Shown: positions 41,850 through 54,752 of the stretch, one piece after another
Layout: each line of letters begins with the position of its first letter
How positions within the stretch are numbered: the stretch's first letter is position 1
Source: Trichoplax adhaerens
Lineage: Eukaryota > Animalia > Placozoa
DNA length: 64,000 bases
NCBI RefSeq assembly: GCF_000150275.1
Contig: NW_002060954.1
Coordinates: forward strand, 1,054,001 to 1,118,000
Direction of reading: 5' to 3'
Made by a program: the position numbers and the translations under genes
The notes under the pieces: model-generated
The model's input: the letters and a program-made list of their open reading frames with translations, nothing else
Databases searched by the model: none
Told to the model about the DNA's origin: nothing

Positions 41850-43670
41850 TTACTTCAGGTGCTCTCCAATTGCCTTAATAATCTTCTGCATTTTCGCCTC
41901 AGTATCTACATATCCGTCACCAGCCTGATAGGTAAGATGGAAAAAATGTCAAGCCCTCGGAGCAGAATTCGATCGCGTAAATTAAATATTTACGTAGGTT
42001 ATTTATCTAAGGATAATTTCATTCATAACCCGATAGCGAAAGTTCGGTTAGACGTAATTACCTTTTTAGAATGAATTAGTTTTCCACCAACAATTTTTAC
42101 TTCAAAATATGATGTAAACTCTGGAGTTGCTTCACCGGTCTGGAGTAGATAAAGCATTGGTATGATGAAATTTGAAACATTATTTTATATACGGTATGTT
42201 GAAAAAGAATTATTTTTCAATCGCTACCATGCTATCATCTATATGTAATGAGGGCACTTTAATTTGAAACGCAGTTCGTGTTTGCACCGCTGTAAATTAT
42301 TTTGGTGTACAAGCATAGTACTAACGGACACTTTAACAACTGCACGCTCCAAATGATACGTATATAGTGTTGCGGTATATTGCATGCACTAATTCATTTT
42401 GCAATTACGATTGTATTTTACAGTTGCGTTCAAAATTAGATGTACTTGTAGCGTAGAGACTTGATTTGCACATGATTGTACAGTAATAAAGATTGAATGC
42501 TAGCTGATCAATCTTATAGTAGAGAAGATTTGTAAAATCAAAGGCAGAGTGAGGTACAATACACTTGAAATGCACTGTAAGTGCATGTCAATGATGCATG
42601 ATGTAAAATTTGTACGGTTGCAGGCGAACGGAGCAAAATATAAAACATCAGGATGGAGATTATCATTAAGTCATATTAGTACTATAAGCTGTCAGTATTA
42701 TTCATTTCAGTCATGAGCCTCGGGATGACTACTAATTGTGTTGTCTTCAATTTTTTATCTTAACCGATATAAACTATATACTGTAATCCGTTTATGGTTA
42801 ATGCTAAATTACTATCATGTACTTACAACTTGGATATCGTTCCCAAATTCATCGTAGAGCATATCCCGTACAGTTCTGAACTATTTAATTTTTAAAATAA
42901 GATTTAGTTAGAGAAAGGATTACAAATCCGATGGCATGTATGTCTATTTGAGCAAATTCCATTATTTAGCTGAAACATAGAGATACGTATGAGCATATAG
43001 CACTATTATAGTTAGCATGCTTTTAAGTAGCTCCGAAGGAACCCATGACTCAGTTATTACAGTACAGTACAATAATTAACCATTGGTCGCAAGCCATACT
43101 GTAGTGCTATACTCGTTTGCATTCATCATAAAAAAAGTGCACAGGAAATCTAATCCTACAGGGACTTCAATTTAGCGAACGAAGCGACCTAGAGATTTAG
43201 TTCAGGTATTGAAACCACGTACAGTACATACCTTAGGAGCGTACCCTCAGGCGCCGCTAAAATGATAAAAAGTAAAATGATTCAAGGATTAGATAATTAC
43301 ACTTTGTATGAGAGTATTTAAGCATTAGTTTATCATCTCGGTTATTGACCATAACTTTAATTTTACATTTTAAACTTTTCAGTACCACCTATACTATACT
43401 TACTGTGCAATGCACAGGCATTTTGTTTGTTTATACAGTAAGCAGATTTGTAAACGGCGTTCAATTTTACAAGTTATAAATACAGTACTAGTACAGTATA
43501 TCGCAGGTTCATATACAGTTCTACACCTACAGTATTGTATATTGCCATAATATACTGTATGTACTTTCTAGCTATTAGTAAGATTAGTGGTTATGACTTT
43601 AAAAATAAGAACTCATTTACTTTAGATTGAGTAATACTGACCAGTAAACTATATGAACTTTAACAACCAT
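41850..43670 (-). CDS. SELENOW: Selenoprotein W (Rdx family, CxxU)
   Basis: Exons 43670-43642, 43256-43232, 42880-42827, 42139-42062 and 41924-41850 give MVVKVHIVYCGAUGYAPKFRTVRDMLYDEFGNDIQVTGEATPEFTSYFEVKIVGGKLIHSKKAGDGYVDTEAKMQKIIKAIGEHLK*. The TGA (Sec) is at 43249-43247 in the CGAUGY motif. Not present in the ORF track. Confidence 0.95.
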
Positions 43671-43781
43671 CGTCTTTTCTTGAGGTCTGCTAGCTTGATC
43701 TTACAAGTTGCAAAGCCGCTTGTGTTGTAATGCCTGGAAATCGTTGATGCAGAAGGTTTTATTGCCTTCGGCCTTAGCACC

Positions 43782-43866
43782 GTGTACTGTACTGTACATC
43801 TGTACTGTTTTTGAATGGTCCGTGTGCAGTGTGCCCACTGTACAATTTACAGTACCTACAGTACAG
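43782..43866. repeat. TACTG/CAGTA pentamer array upstream of SelW
   Basis: gtgtactgtactgtacatctgtactg...actgtacaatttacagtacctacagtacag, about 110-200 bp upstream of the ATG. Confidence 0.7.
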
Positions 43867-44599
43867 CAAGGAAAGGAAGGTACCGTAAGTTGCTGACTCA
43901 CGATTACTCACACGATCAACTACTCCAACAATACCGGTATGTATGTGTCGCTAAGGACACTGGTTACTCAATTTCTTTTTTGATAGTTTTCATACTAAAT
44001 ACGTATTAGCATTACGTATTTTACAGTTAGAATCCTTCCTTTCCTAGAAACATTACGTCCCGAGTCTAGACGTCTCAAATCTTTCGTCTATTCTTTTCGT
44101 TTTTCTTACTAATGAAGAACAATAAGTAAGACACACGAAAAAAGTAGAGGCGTAGACATTGAAACGTTTAATTTAATTTATTTATTAAACGAGGGAAAGA
44201 TTGGGGACGAAGAGTTCTAGCAATACTAAATACAGTACGACAGTATGACACAGCGTTCGCTGGCAGTAGGTATAACCGTAGTCAGGTAACCCAAGAACTC
44301 AGTACAAAAGTACAACCTACTGTGGGTCAAATAACAAGCTGTAATAAAGCCTTATAACCCAGGTCAATAACCAGGAATCACGCACGAATAACCCGATACT
44401 GGTATGACACCGTGCAACATATTGTATACTATGGTCATTGCTTACGTTTAATTACATCTTTTGACCAGCTCAAGTCAAATTCTTCTACGCCGTTGAGTTT
44501 CTGCGAATTTCGTAAATGAAAAGACGTTGAAAGAATCTCTAAATTTTTTATTAAGATTGTGTGACATCATTTCTGTAGCGTATCACCAGTTCTTACGGC

Positions 44600-44930
44600 G
44601 TACAGTATTGCGCTGAGCCTTGTGAGCCACCGTAGTACAGTACAGTATACTCTACAGTACTGTACACTATACTGTACACTTGTACAGTAGTAGTGAGTGG
44701 AATTGAAGCAGTATCACGTGTCACTGGCTCACTGCAGTTCAACGTACTGTACTGTACAGTACTGTACTACAGCGCGGTCTACCATACATACAGTACTATA
44801 CTGTACAGTGTACAGTATGTTTTTCAATGTTTTATACTGTATGCGCTGTACTGTACACTGTACAGTACTGTACTGTACAGCACGACACTCACAGTCATCA
44901 TGACCGTACAGTACAGTACAGTGATACTGT
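44600..44930. repeat. Large TACTG/CAGTA pentamer array upstream of SDE2
   Basis: gtactgtactgtacagtactgtactacag, ctgtactgtacactgtacagtactgtactgtacag and gtacagtacagtacagtg; ends about 80 bp before the SDE2 ATG. Confidence 0.88.
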
Positions 44931-45011
44931 GATTGTATGATGCTTTGATGCGCAGCTTGTTCCAATCCCAAGTTGATTTGGTCTGCAGTTCATGAAGGAT
45001 ACAGTTATAAA

Positions 45012-47161
45012 ATGGCTAATTTCTACTGTCGATCTGGTGATGGTCAATTGCATTACCTAGTAAGCGATAAAAGTTCTCTTACTAGCGACGAATTGCAGCA
45101 ATTAATATCCCGGCAACTGGTACGTAAAATATAAAATAAGGAAAATGTACGTTTTTAGAAATGAATTTAATTGAACATTTGAAAGCGTTTTAAACCAAAA
45201 CACGGATACTGTGTATGTCCTATATTTTAATACTACTTGAATAGATAGAACATATTATAGATCTCTAGTTTTTTAACGCACCCTATAGCTGAATTTACCA
45301 GGCTGCTTTTTCATGCTATCAAATTCATAAGAAATTGCAGTTAATATTACTCGCTCTAAATAGAATATATTAAAGCGGACCTTTTGATTAATATGTAATT
45401 AGACTATTGGACGTTGAACAGTTAGCTGTCCACTCAACGAGTTAAGAATCGAAATGCCTTGATGTGTTATCGTCAATTTATGATCCGTTAATTAATTATT
45501 AGAATGAAATCAGAGTACTGTATCAAATAATACATGCACTTGATATCACCCGTGAATTGAATTGTAATTATTGTGAAAGGATGGTAAAAGAGTTGGACAG
45601 TATGATTTACTCCTACGCACGAGATTAATTAAAGGATTACGGATCAATATTCCCTTTCTAAAACACTTATTCTTTCAGAACCTTCCAACGGAGAACTTTT
45701 ACTGGACAGTGAATGGTAGAACTTACGGCAACGATGCATCGATTTACTGTGGTAGTAATTTATGTTTGCAAATTCATTATAGGCTGCTTGGCGGAAAGGG
45801 AGGCAAGTAGAATAAAAAAGCTAGTGCACGCGTATGAGTATATACTGATTGGTGATTAGTTACTGCATATTGCATTATCCATGCTATAACAATGTATACT
45901 CTTCTAACAAAAATTGATTTCTCTTGTTAATATATTGTATATTTATCTATCACTGATGATAAAAATGTTAACTAATTGCTGTACAGCAATAGATTGTACG
46001 TGTAAATGCTGCAATTAACGCTTAACTTTTAATTATTTAGGCGTGTAGTGATGTTTGCTGCAGTAATGATAGCTGCTTAGTACGTAAATGTTTACCTTAA
46101 TGCGTATTATATGTACTGTATTACTATCTGAGAGGCCTTTAGACGATGATAAACGAAAGTAATGTTTATTTATTGCTACTAGGCTTTGGCTCCATGTTAC
46201 GGTCTATCGGTGCGCAAATTGAAAAGACGACTAATCGAGAGGCTTGCCGAGATTTATCTGGTCGAAGGATGCGTGACGTTAATAACGAAAAAAAGTAAGG
46301 AAGATGCAAAAATTAAATATACGAGTACACATACTTGGCGTGTTGAATTCATAGATGTGAATTGTAAACCCTATATTTGCACATCCATGAATAAATGGTG
46401 TCCTAATGGGATACTATTGTTTATGAATGTTTTTGAAATATCAACCAACTAGTTCACTGTGCGTAGTTTTTACTCGTGTAAAGATCAAGCTTACTTTAAC
46501 AAATCCTTTAGATTAGCAGACTGGGTTAATGCTGAAGCAGAAAGGAAAAGGGAAATAGAGGAAAGAAAGAAAGAACGCATTCAACGTGTCTTAAATCCAA
46601 TTGTAAAACCATTTGAAGGCGATCAATATGCCGCTCAAGTCCGTGCTTCTGTCGATAGTGTGGAAGATGCTCTAAAGCAAGGTCTCAGATGCTGTTAACT
46701 GTGAATAAACGATATATTTTCTGTATCTGTTACAATACTAATAAGTATAATTTAATAGGATTAAAGAATGCTCAATCAAGCACTGAAGTTTCGAAAAAGC
46801 GAAAAGCGCTTACTGGAACATCAGACTCGGTTAAGAAACGTAAAACTTGGTCGGTTTTATCTATTTATTATACGGAAGCTCTGTGCTATATGAATTTAAT
46901 ATTTACAGCGATGTACTTAAATATACTATTTAATATAATAGGTTTGACGATAGTGATAGTAGTACCGACGCTGACGATGAGGATTCCGATGAAGACGTTA
47001 AAAATACTGATACTGTGACTGAAAATTTATCTGAAAGATCCGATAATAAGGAATTGAGTGAAGATAACAAAGCTAGCGCTTCTGCAGCAGCTACTGAGAT
47101 TTCTTCACCATCTGTCTCTACATCCACTAGAGACACCACATCAAATGAATCTACAAAATGA
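45012..47161 (+). CDS. SDE2: SDE2 (ubiquitin-fold-activated splicing / replication stress regulator), 6 exons
   Basis: N-terminal ubiquitin-like fold ending [49 protein letters not shown], then a coiled coil and an acidic tail. Exons 45012-45119, 45679-45802, 46183-46294, 46512-46681, 46759-46849 and 46942-47161. Confidence 0.93.
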
Positions 47162-47797
47162 TCTGGGCACACCCAGAATATGGCTTATATTAAATATTAA
47201 GCCTACTAGATCTATTATGTGTCTTATCGTTGCACTGTAAATTAAGCGAAGAATGTGGAATGATTTACATCAGTGACTTGTGAGCTTAATCAATTATGAG
47301 AGTCGAAAATTTAATGTAATTTTTATTACAGATGCTTACATGTTATTTAGTATATAAATATATATATGTATATGAAACTTGGATGATGGATATTCCTACG
47401 AAGCGTATTTATTAGTCATGAAGATTAAGTATTTTAGCATCATTTGTAGATCTTGTAAAAAAGTGTAAATGTAACATCAATTTTCCTTCTGCATTGTAAT
47501 AAAATGAAGTATCCGCGTAATTTTCAAGCTTTAGTGATAAATATCATCTTTGCTTTTTGCGCCATTTTGCAATTAGTAGAAGTGTAACGTATGGTAAAGT
47601 ATAATTATATTTGAGGAATATAGTAGGATCGAAAATGCTGACATGAATCTTAATGGCATCGAACTAATTTGTACAGTAATCAACTTTAAGAAGTGTTATT
47701 CAACAATTTCATATAATCACTAGTATATCAATTCATCGGGCCATCACACAACTTGACAATCGAATTTCCACCAATGTTTAACTATACTAATTAAGCA

Positions 47798-50067
47798 CTT
47801 AGCGATATTTATCAAACAATATGATGATATCTATTGGAGCATCTTCCAAATTTTTATAACGAGTGACAACATCATACCACTTTAATTTCATTGGTTTGAG
47901 TTCTGATTTTTCCATTGCAATAAGGAAACATTCGGTCAAAGACTCCTGAAATTGGAGCGTATTTATTTGAAAACTCTGCATTATAACTCAATTATCTACC
48001 GCTAGCTTCTGTTTCTGATTAGAATTCAGTATACGAATTTAATTAACGGTGGTCATACAAAATGTGTTTGCTTTACCGATTGGATGATCTCGCTATAGGA
48101 CATAAAGCTCTCAAATAATTTTTTGCTTGTGCTAATATGATTGCTTGTAGAAGGCATATCCGAAATTTCTGTCATCTAACTTAATAAAGTGAAGCTTTAA
48201 GCCACATTGTATGGAAGAAATGTACTAAAAGTTAACTGTGGATAATTATAATACATGTATTATTGCATTTTTAATATCAATATATATATTTTGTTAATTT
48301 ATAATAACAATTCCCTTGATAAAGATTGCAATATTGTGATGTAGTAAAGCTTGCTAAGCGTACATCATCCAAAATTCGAGTACTTGCAGTGATTGGAATT
48401 GGGTCCTCATACGGCTGAAACATAGAAGGCTATAAATATGGTAATGCATGTACTATCTATCAATTTTAGAATAGATGTTATTATTACTGATCTATTGCTG
48501 TCCAACACATGTAATAAATTATCATAAAAATATAATGTGAACATTGATCAAGTTTAAAGTAGGGCACTAATTTAATTTGGTGTTTTTATACCTCAATATT
48601 TTCGTGATTGCTGCCATCAGATTGATTTTCAGTATTTGATACTATATCCACTGACGTTGAGAAATTTGAATTTAACGCAGCATACATTTCGGGGTATAAT
48701 CGACTAGGATTCTGTAAGAGAATCCGTCCGTTACACGAGGCTATTGGCTAACACTTATACTGTAATCTTAAAAATATTTATTTTAAAAAGCCAGACATTG
48801 TTTTTCCGAAATATACCATTAATGCTCTTAGAATTGATGGAGTTACTTGATCGCATACCGTCATGGACATAGAATCGTCATGTGTACTAGTTTCGATATC
48901 TAGAAAAGTAAAAGCAAAGATCCTCTTTATTTCCATTCTGAGCTTGGTTGACAAATCAGTAATGGATTACAGGTAACAATGGACTAATTTACTTGATTTT
49001 AAAGTAGTTTACCCTTTGAAATCGTAGAATCTGATTGTTCCATTTCTATTTTCATGTCAGCTGTAAATTTTTCTTGGTTAGTGATTCCATCAACAGCAAG
49101 ATTTTCAGACTCGGTCAAATTGGGATCTCTTGCATTCTCAATGGAGGATGCGTCTTTATAGTAAAGTTTAATTAAATACACATATTTTAGATGCATCATC
49201 ATCGGACAGGACCTATATTACTAGACTCTAAGGATTTATATGTTTACACTCTAAGGATTTACATGTTTAGTAAAACTGCCAATGTAAAGATGACCAAGCA
49301 TACATAATACGGTATGTTAATATGCATAGAATGTTATATTCATGATAAAATTTGATATTTAAGATTTATCTTCATTTTAAGTTACAAAGATATAAGCAGT
49401 AAAATGCTAGGATTTCTATTGGGCGCTTGGTAAAAGGTAATATGATACCGTTATTGCATGATAATTCTGATTGGTAGTTAATCTGATCATTTTGGCATGT
49501 TGAGGCATCAGATTTCGCGAATGCACTGTCATTTTGTAATATATCAGCACATTTTTTAAAATAGGCCTTAAGGTCAATATTTTTGAATGAAAATTTTCTC
49601 TTGCTTGCTAAAAGATGGTGTGAAGATGACGATTCACTCTTTTTCTTCTTTTTTTTCCTAGCGTAAATATGCGATTACATATAAAGTATACAGTATTTAC
49701 CATAACATGGTATACGAGTAAGTAAGTCTATAAAGTAATGTAACGTTATTGTGTGGTAGAAAGTGTCTTTGCTGCTAACCGAGTACAGAGTTAAGTTATG
49801 AGTTTAGATAAAAAATACTCGTATTATACGTAAGTTTACGAACATTAAGTCATTATAAGTATAGGATTAGGATAACAATGTACATATTAACATACGCATT
49901 AAATGTGAATATTATAAATATTTTTAAACCAAAATTATTGATGTTGTATGCATACATACGCTTATTGTATTGAAATATAGGGCTGTCATAAGCTGACATT
50001 TGATGAAGACTAACCTATCCGCCTTCTTTTTACGGTCTGACTGCTTACACTTATTTGGTTTTTTCAT
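47798..50067 (-). CDS. Uncharacterised 8-exon protein (about 310 aa) with a Lys-rich N-terminus
   Basis: Eight GT-AG exons chain in phase: MKKPNKCKQSDRKKKAD / RKKKKKKSESS... / DASSIEN... / DIETST... / NPSRLYPEMY... / PSMFQPYED... / MTEISD... / SFQINTLQFQESLTECFLIAMEKSELKPMKLKWYDVVTRYKNLEDAPIDIIILFDKYR*. No family recognised; the start codon is tentative. Confidence 0.6.
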
Positions 50068-51987
50068 ATTGAAATAAGGAGTCCTAACGCGTCGCTATAA
50101 TTTTAGGGCATATCGATAAATAATAATGAATCGTTCCAGAATTTACATACAGTGCCTTAAATAGAGATAAATATTTTAAACATTTGAAAATCTAAAATTG
50201 ATTTAATTGCCATATGATGCTGGTACAATTAAAATTTCAATGTTATACTGGAGATTTTAAGAGATTTCAATTGGTAAAAAAAGAGACCTTGCGTTAGTTT
50301 ATAATGTACATTTAAGGGTAAACAGTATCGGAAGCAGGCATGATTTTGTCAGATAGAACTACCATAATTAAGATAAATATTATTAAGGTTAAAAACTCGA
50401 AATTTTATGCATTTTAGTAAATTAAAGTGACGGGTTGTAACAGGTCTATCAAATGATAATACTATCTGTTAAATGAGCATATTATCGTAAACCGTCAGCA
50501 AAGCGACGGGAGTTTGCACTAGTAATCTTGATTTAAGTAGGTTAGGTATGTCAATTCTAACGGTAAATAACACATTACTATGATTTGAGATACCTTAATA
50601 AATTTAATGATTTATTTGCTTCTACTATCATCGTTAAAACGTTACCATATCGGTAAGTAACACTTTCGTTTTCATCGCATCCTCAGACTTCATCTATGAT
50701 AGATCAGTCACAAATCTTGAATAAAATCCTTTTATATCCGTTATGCTGTGTACTATAAATGGTTGACAGGCTGGTTAAACTCAAGCAAGTCTTTGGTACG
50801 GTATACCGTGCACGACTAATAAAGATGTATCTAGTGGCGTCCTTAGGTTATCGAATGTAGTAATCATATGCAATATTTGGCGCTGACACTATTTGTTGAT
50901 TGCTTTCTAAAATATACGCAACTCATTACAGTCAGTTACTAGCTTAGTAGTACTACTGTATAAATGCAAATAGAGGTGTTATCCACACATTGCATTTATA
51001 TTACTACTGTGCAATGTTGTCGTCATTTTCTACTTAACAGTTGCATGTAATCAAATGCGTCAGTATATCTTTTCGGATATAGACATGATTTAACAGTCAA
51101 GTATTTTTAAAATCCTTGCTGTTCTATTACTATAAGAGTGCGTTATATGTTCTGGTGTAGCTGTAGATAAGCCACTAAATAGTAAAAGTTAAAATTTATA
51201 AGAATTTTGTCATCAGCAAATCCTTCACGCTTGATATCTACTATATCATTCTGATATATAGCATAGGAACTCTGGAGAATTACAATTAATTCAGTTAAGG
51301 TTAAGAAGAAAGGTACAATATTATCGTACGAATGCAGTATTTAATAAATATTGTATTTCTATACTCAAAAATATGCAAATTAGACGTCGTGTAAAGGCCA
51401 TGGTGAGGTTTTTTATGTAGCAATGCTAATCGTTACTTAATTAGACTCACGGCATCCGTTTTAGTAGAAAGAGGAGAAACTAAGGGGTCTGCGGTATGAG
51501 TTCGTATGACTAATCGATAACAGTTGTAACTGGCGAGAAAATGATAAATGTGAGTGACAATCTCAAATCACTCGCAAAAATGATGTTCCTATTACGTGTA
51601 ATAACTAGGAAGGGAATCTACACATGTGGCATCATTTTGTAATGCAGGCTGAAGGTATAAGAAACCTACAGTAAGTAATAAGTATGAAGTAGAGAAAAAA
51701 ATTGGCTCTCTGGGATTATGCAAGTACCATAAAGTATTGTACATACTGTACGAGTATTCTACTCAGTTTACAGTTTATATGCTGTACAGTACGGTCATAC
51801 GGTGCTGTAGTTCCGTTAAAAATGACTTTTTGTTCTTTAGTTTTAATTAATAAAATCCACAAAACTTCTATTAGGTTTCACTTAAAATAAAATATAACCT
51901 AGTGTAAGCCTGTTAAAAACTAAATGAATAAACTAAACTAATTTCAGCAGTTCGTATTAGTTGTCTATGAACTGTCATACGTAGAGT

Positions 51988-52265
51988 ATAGTACAGTACT
52001 GTACAAGCGTACAGTACATACAGTACAGTAGAGTGCTACAGCGGTACCATTGAAAAGTAACTTTTCAGAGTGAGACATCGCATTTTCACAGACCTTCAGC
52101 GTTTAGCGCACTCTATAGTACAGTACAGTGCAGTACAGTACAGACTGTACATTGCACAATGCACAGTACCGTACAATACAATATAGTACGGTACAGTTTG
52201 GGATTTCTAGGAAGAATTTTCTCTTTACAGCATTGTTACTGAACATATAAAGTACTGTACAGTAT
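51988..52265. repeat. TACTG/CAGTA pentamer array between the divergent unknown gene and CCDC32
   Basis: gtacagtactgtacaagcgtacagtacatacagtacagtag and gtacagtacagtgcagtacagtacagactgtac; ends about 150 bp before the CCDC32 ATG. Confidence 0.82.
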
Positions 52266-52416
52266 TCTCTGACCTGACTAATTAGCACAGACTCGTATCT
52301 TGGCCGAAGGACAGGATTGACCAGGAACTACGTGGAAACGTCGCTGTACTTGATTTTATTTCATTCGACAATATATTGATTGCTTGTTTAAACAGTATGC
52401 TTATATAACGATTATA

Positions 52417-53173
52417 ATGAACTTCGAAGACGATTTTGGTAATTGGAGCGTACAAAAAGTTAATCAGGTTGTTTCACTTCAACGCCGCTGTAACGATACC
52501 AGTAGCTGTTGCAATTTTGACAGTAAAAAAAAGGGTAATGCTAGTACAATCTCTCTTGACCAAGATGATTCGCTAAATTATATCAACAAATTAGGTGCGT
52601 ACAATTGAATATATGGAATACAACATAGAGCTATTGATACACATTGTCTTTCAACCAAGTGCTACAGTACAGTTACAGATACTGGGTATGCTCACAAGCA
52701 GTATCCATGCTAGATAATAAACTATCTGCGGTGGTGCTTCTCATGTTAATGCCCTTTTTCTATACGAGTATTAAAGATCTTGTCAAAAATTATGATGAAT
52801 TTAACGTTGTTGCTATATATTTGTTTATTGTAATATATTAGAAAAAAAGTTAGAGAAAATCAAATACAGTGATACGAGACGCCGTGGTAATTTGAGCCAA
52901 GAATTACTTCATAGTTTACAAGAAATGAAGGAAGCTCAGTTTAAGGCAATGATGGCGGATGATTTAAATATATCAACAAGTCAAGCTAATACACGGCCAT
53001 TTGTCAGTGATGATCCACTGTCTAGAGGAAATTACGGTTGTTGCTTTACTATTGTATATGCAAGACTATATCCAGAAAGACAAGCAGTGTCTAACATTGA
53101 AGTAGACTGTTTACTAGATCATGACGAAGTCGACGAACAATACAAGGAAACTTACATTGTTAAAAGTTCTTAA
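52417..53173 (+). CDS. CCDC32: Coiled-coil domain-containing protein 32 (C15orf57)-like, 2 exons
   Basis: Exons 52417-52594 and 52842-53173. DDSLNYINKLEKKLEKIK, SQELLHSLQEMKEAQF and RLYPERQAVSNIEVDCLL match the remembered CCDC32 blocks (DSEVYLASLEKKLRRIK; SKDMLRTL; WLQPDKVAVSTEEVQYLI). Confidence 0.78.
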
Positions 53174-53711
53174 CGTCTATCATGCACTGCTATTCGTAGC
53201 TCCAAAGTGCAATTTTTACATAGTACTCTAATACTGGACTAAACAGTAATACTTCCTACTTATTTTTAATTGCTCTCAGCAACCTCAAGTTAAAATTACT
53301 ATATTTATAAATATTCCGGATACTGATATCTCACCAAAGAGCATGCTGTAATGCGAAACAGTATCTAATTATACTGTACATCTACAGTATAATGTAGACA
53401 GTTCCATTAATGTATACTATAATATCGACTAATATGTAGCAATAATCGTACAAGAGAATTCTAAACTAAATTTATAGTAAATTGTTAATGTAAAGATCCC
53501 GATATTGGTTGTTTGAATGTGATAATTTGCTCAATATCAACGCCATATTCTTAATTCGTATACTATTAGCAGAGTTTTAAGTTCAAATGAGAGAAATGGA
53601 TTAATTGCGACATGCTGTACAAGCATTAATTGATAATTACAATAATGATCGAATATAACATCTTTAATAAAATGAATTACGGTTGCAACTCTAACCAATG
53701 ATGTATTAGCA

Positions 53712-53872
53712 ATAGTAGCTTTGGTTGCCTTTTATAGTGATACACTCACTCAGATACAGGATATTGTCAGCTGAACATAGCTGATATATACGCAAAACAA
53801 TAGTGGCTTTGGTCGCCTTTTATAGTGATAGAGTAGAGTATATTGTCAGCTGAGCATAGCTGATAGATATAC
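53712..53872. repeat. Two-copy imperfect direct repeat (about 75-88 bp)
   Basis: atagt(a/g)gctttggt(t/c)gccttttatagtgata...tattgtcagctga(a/g)catagctgata occurs twice in tandem. Confidence 0.85.
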
Positions 53873-54752
53873 TGTATGATTGTTCATCTCGTATTTTCGA
53901 TGCTAATAGTGGCTGGCTTACTAAAGAATTTAGTTTCCAGATAATTAGCAGAAGAATCTTTAATCTAATACCTTACACTCGGCCAGTGAAATTTACATCA
54001 TGTAGGAATGCTTCGCATTAAGATTTAGAATACAGTAGTTATTTGCTGCCGATCACAATATTTTTGATGAGATTTGGTCAGTGAAATTCATGAAACGTAC
54101 GTGTTACATTGTTAGAATTTAGCTAAACGAGAAAAGACTAGAAAGAGTAAATTAGCGAAACGTCGACTATCATGATTGAGGAATGTCAACCTTGCAATTA
54201 ATTTTTACATCAAGTCGATTAGATAATAATTACTGCGTGTAAAGATATAATATCGCGATATCTGCAAACGAGTATGACACAGAATTCTTAATATAACAAG
54301 CCACAGATGTGTTCATACGAACATCTCAATTAATGACCAGCAATTATAATATACACATTTTAAATTATAATGTCTATAGCGACAATTAATAATTACTATT
54401 TAGCTCACTTGCATCGTGAATTCTATTACTCATTGTCCTAATAAGTTATAACACTAAGGCAAACATCGTTGCTAGACTTAGCTTTCATTACAAAGTAAGA
54501 TACTTTCTTATGCTCATTTTGAAATACATCAGCCAGCAGTCATATGTATTAAAAAATTATGTTTAGTATCTGATGCATCGATAACAGATATGCTCAGAAA
54601 ATGAATTTTTCAATTTTTTATGGTAAGCGTTGTACAACAGAATAAGCCTCAACTGATAGCTAATAATTAATAACAAGAAATTGCCAGCATTAGGTTTTGG
54701 AAAATATTGAAGATGTATTGATTGTTTTCGTCGATGAATTGATGCGTTTATT

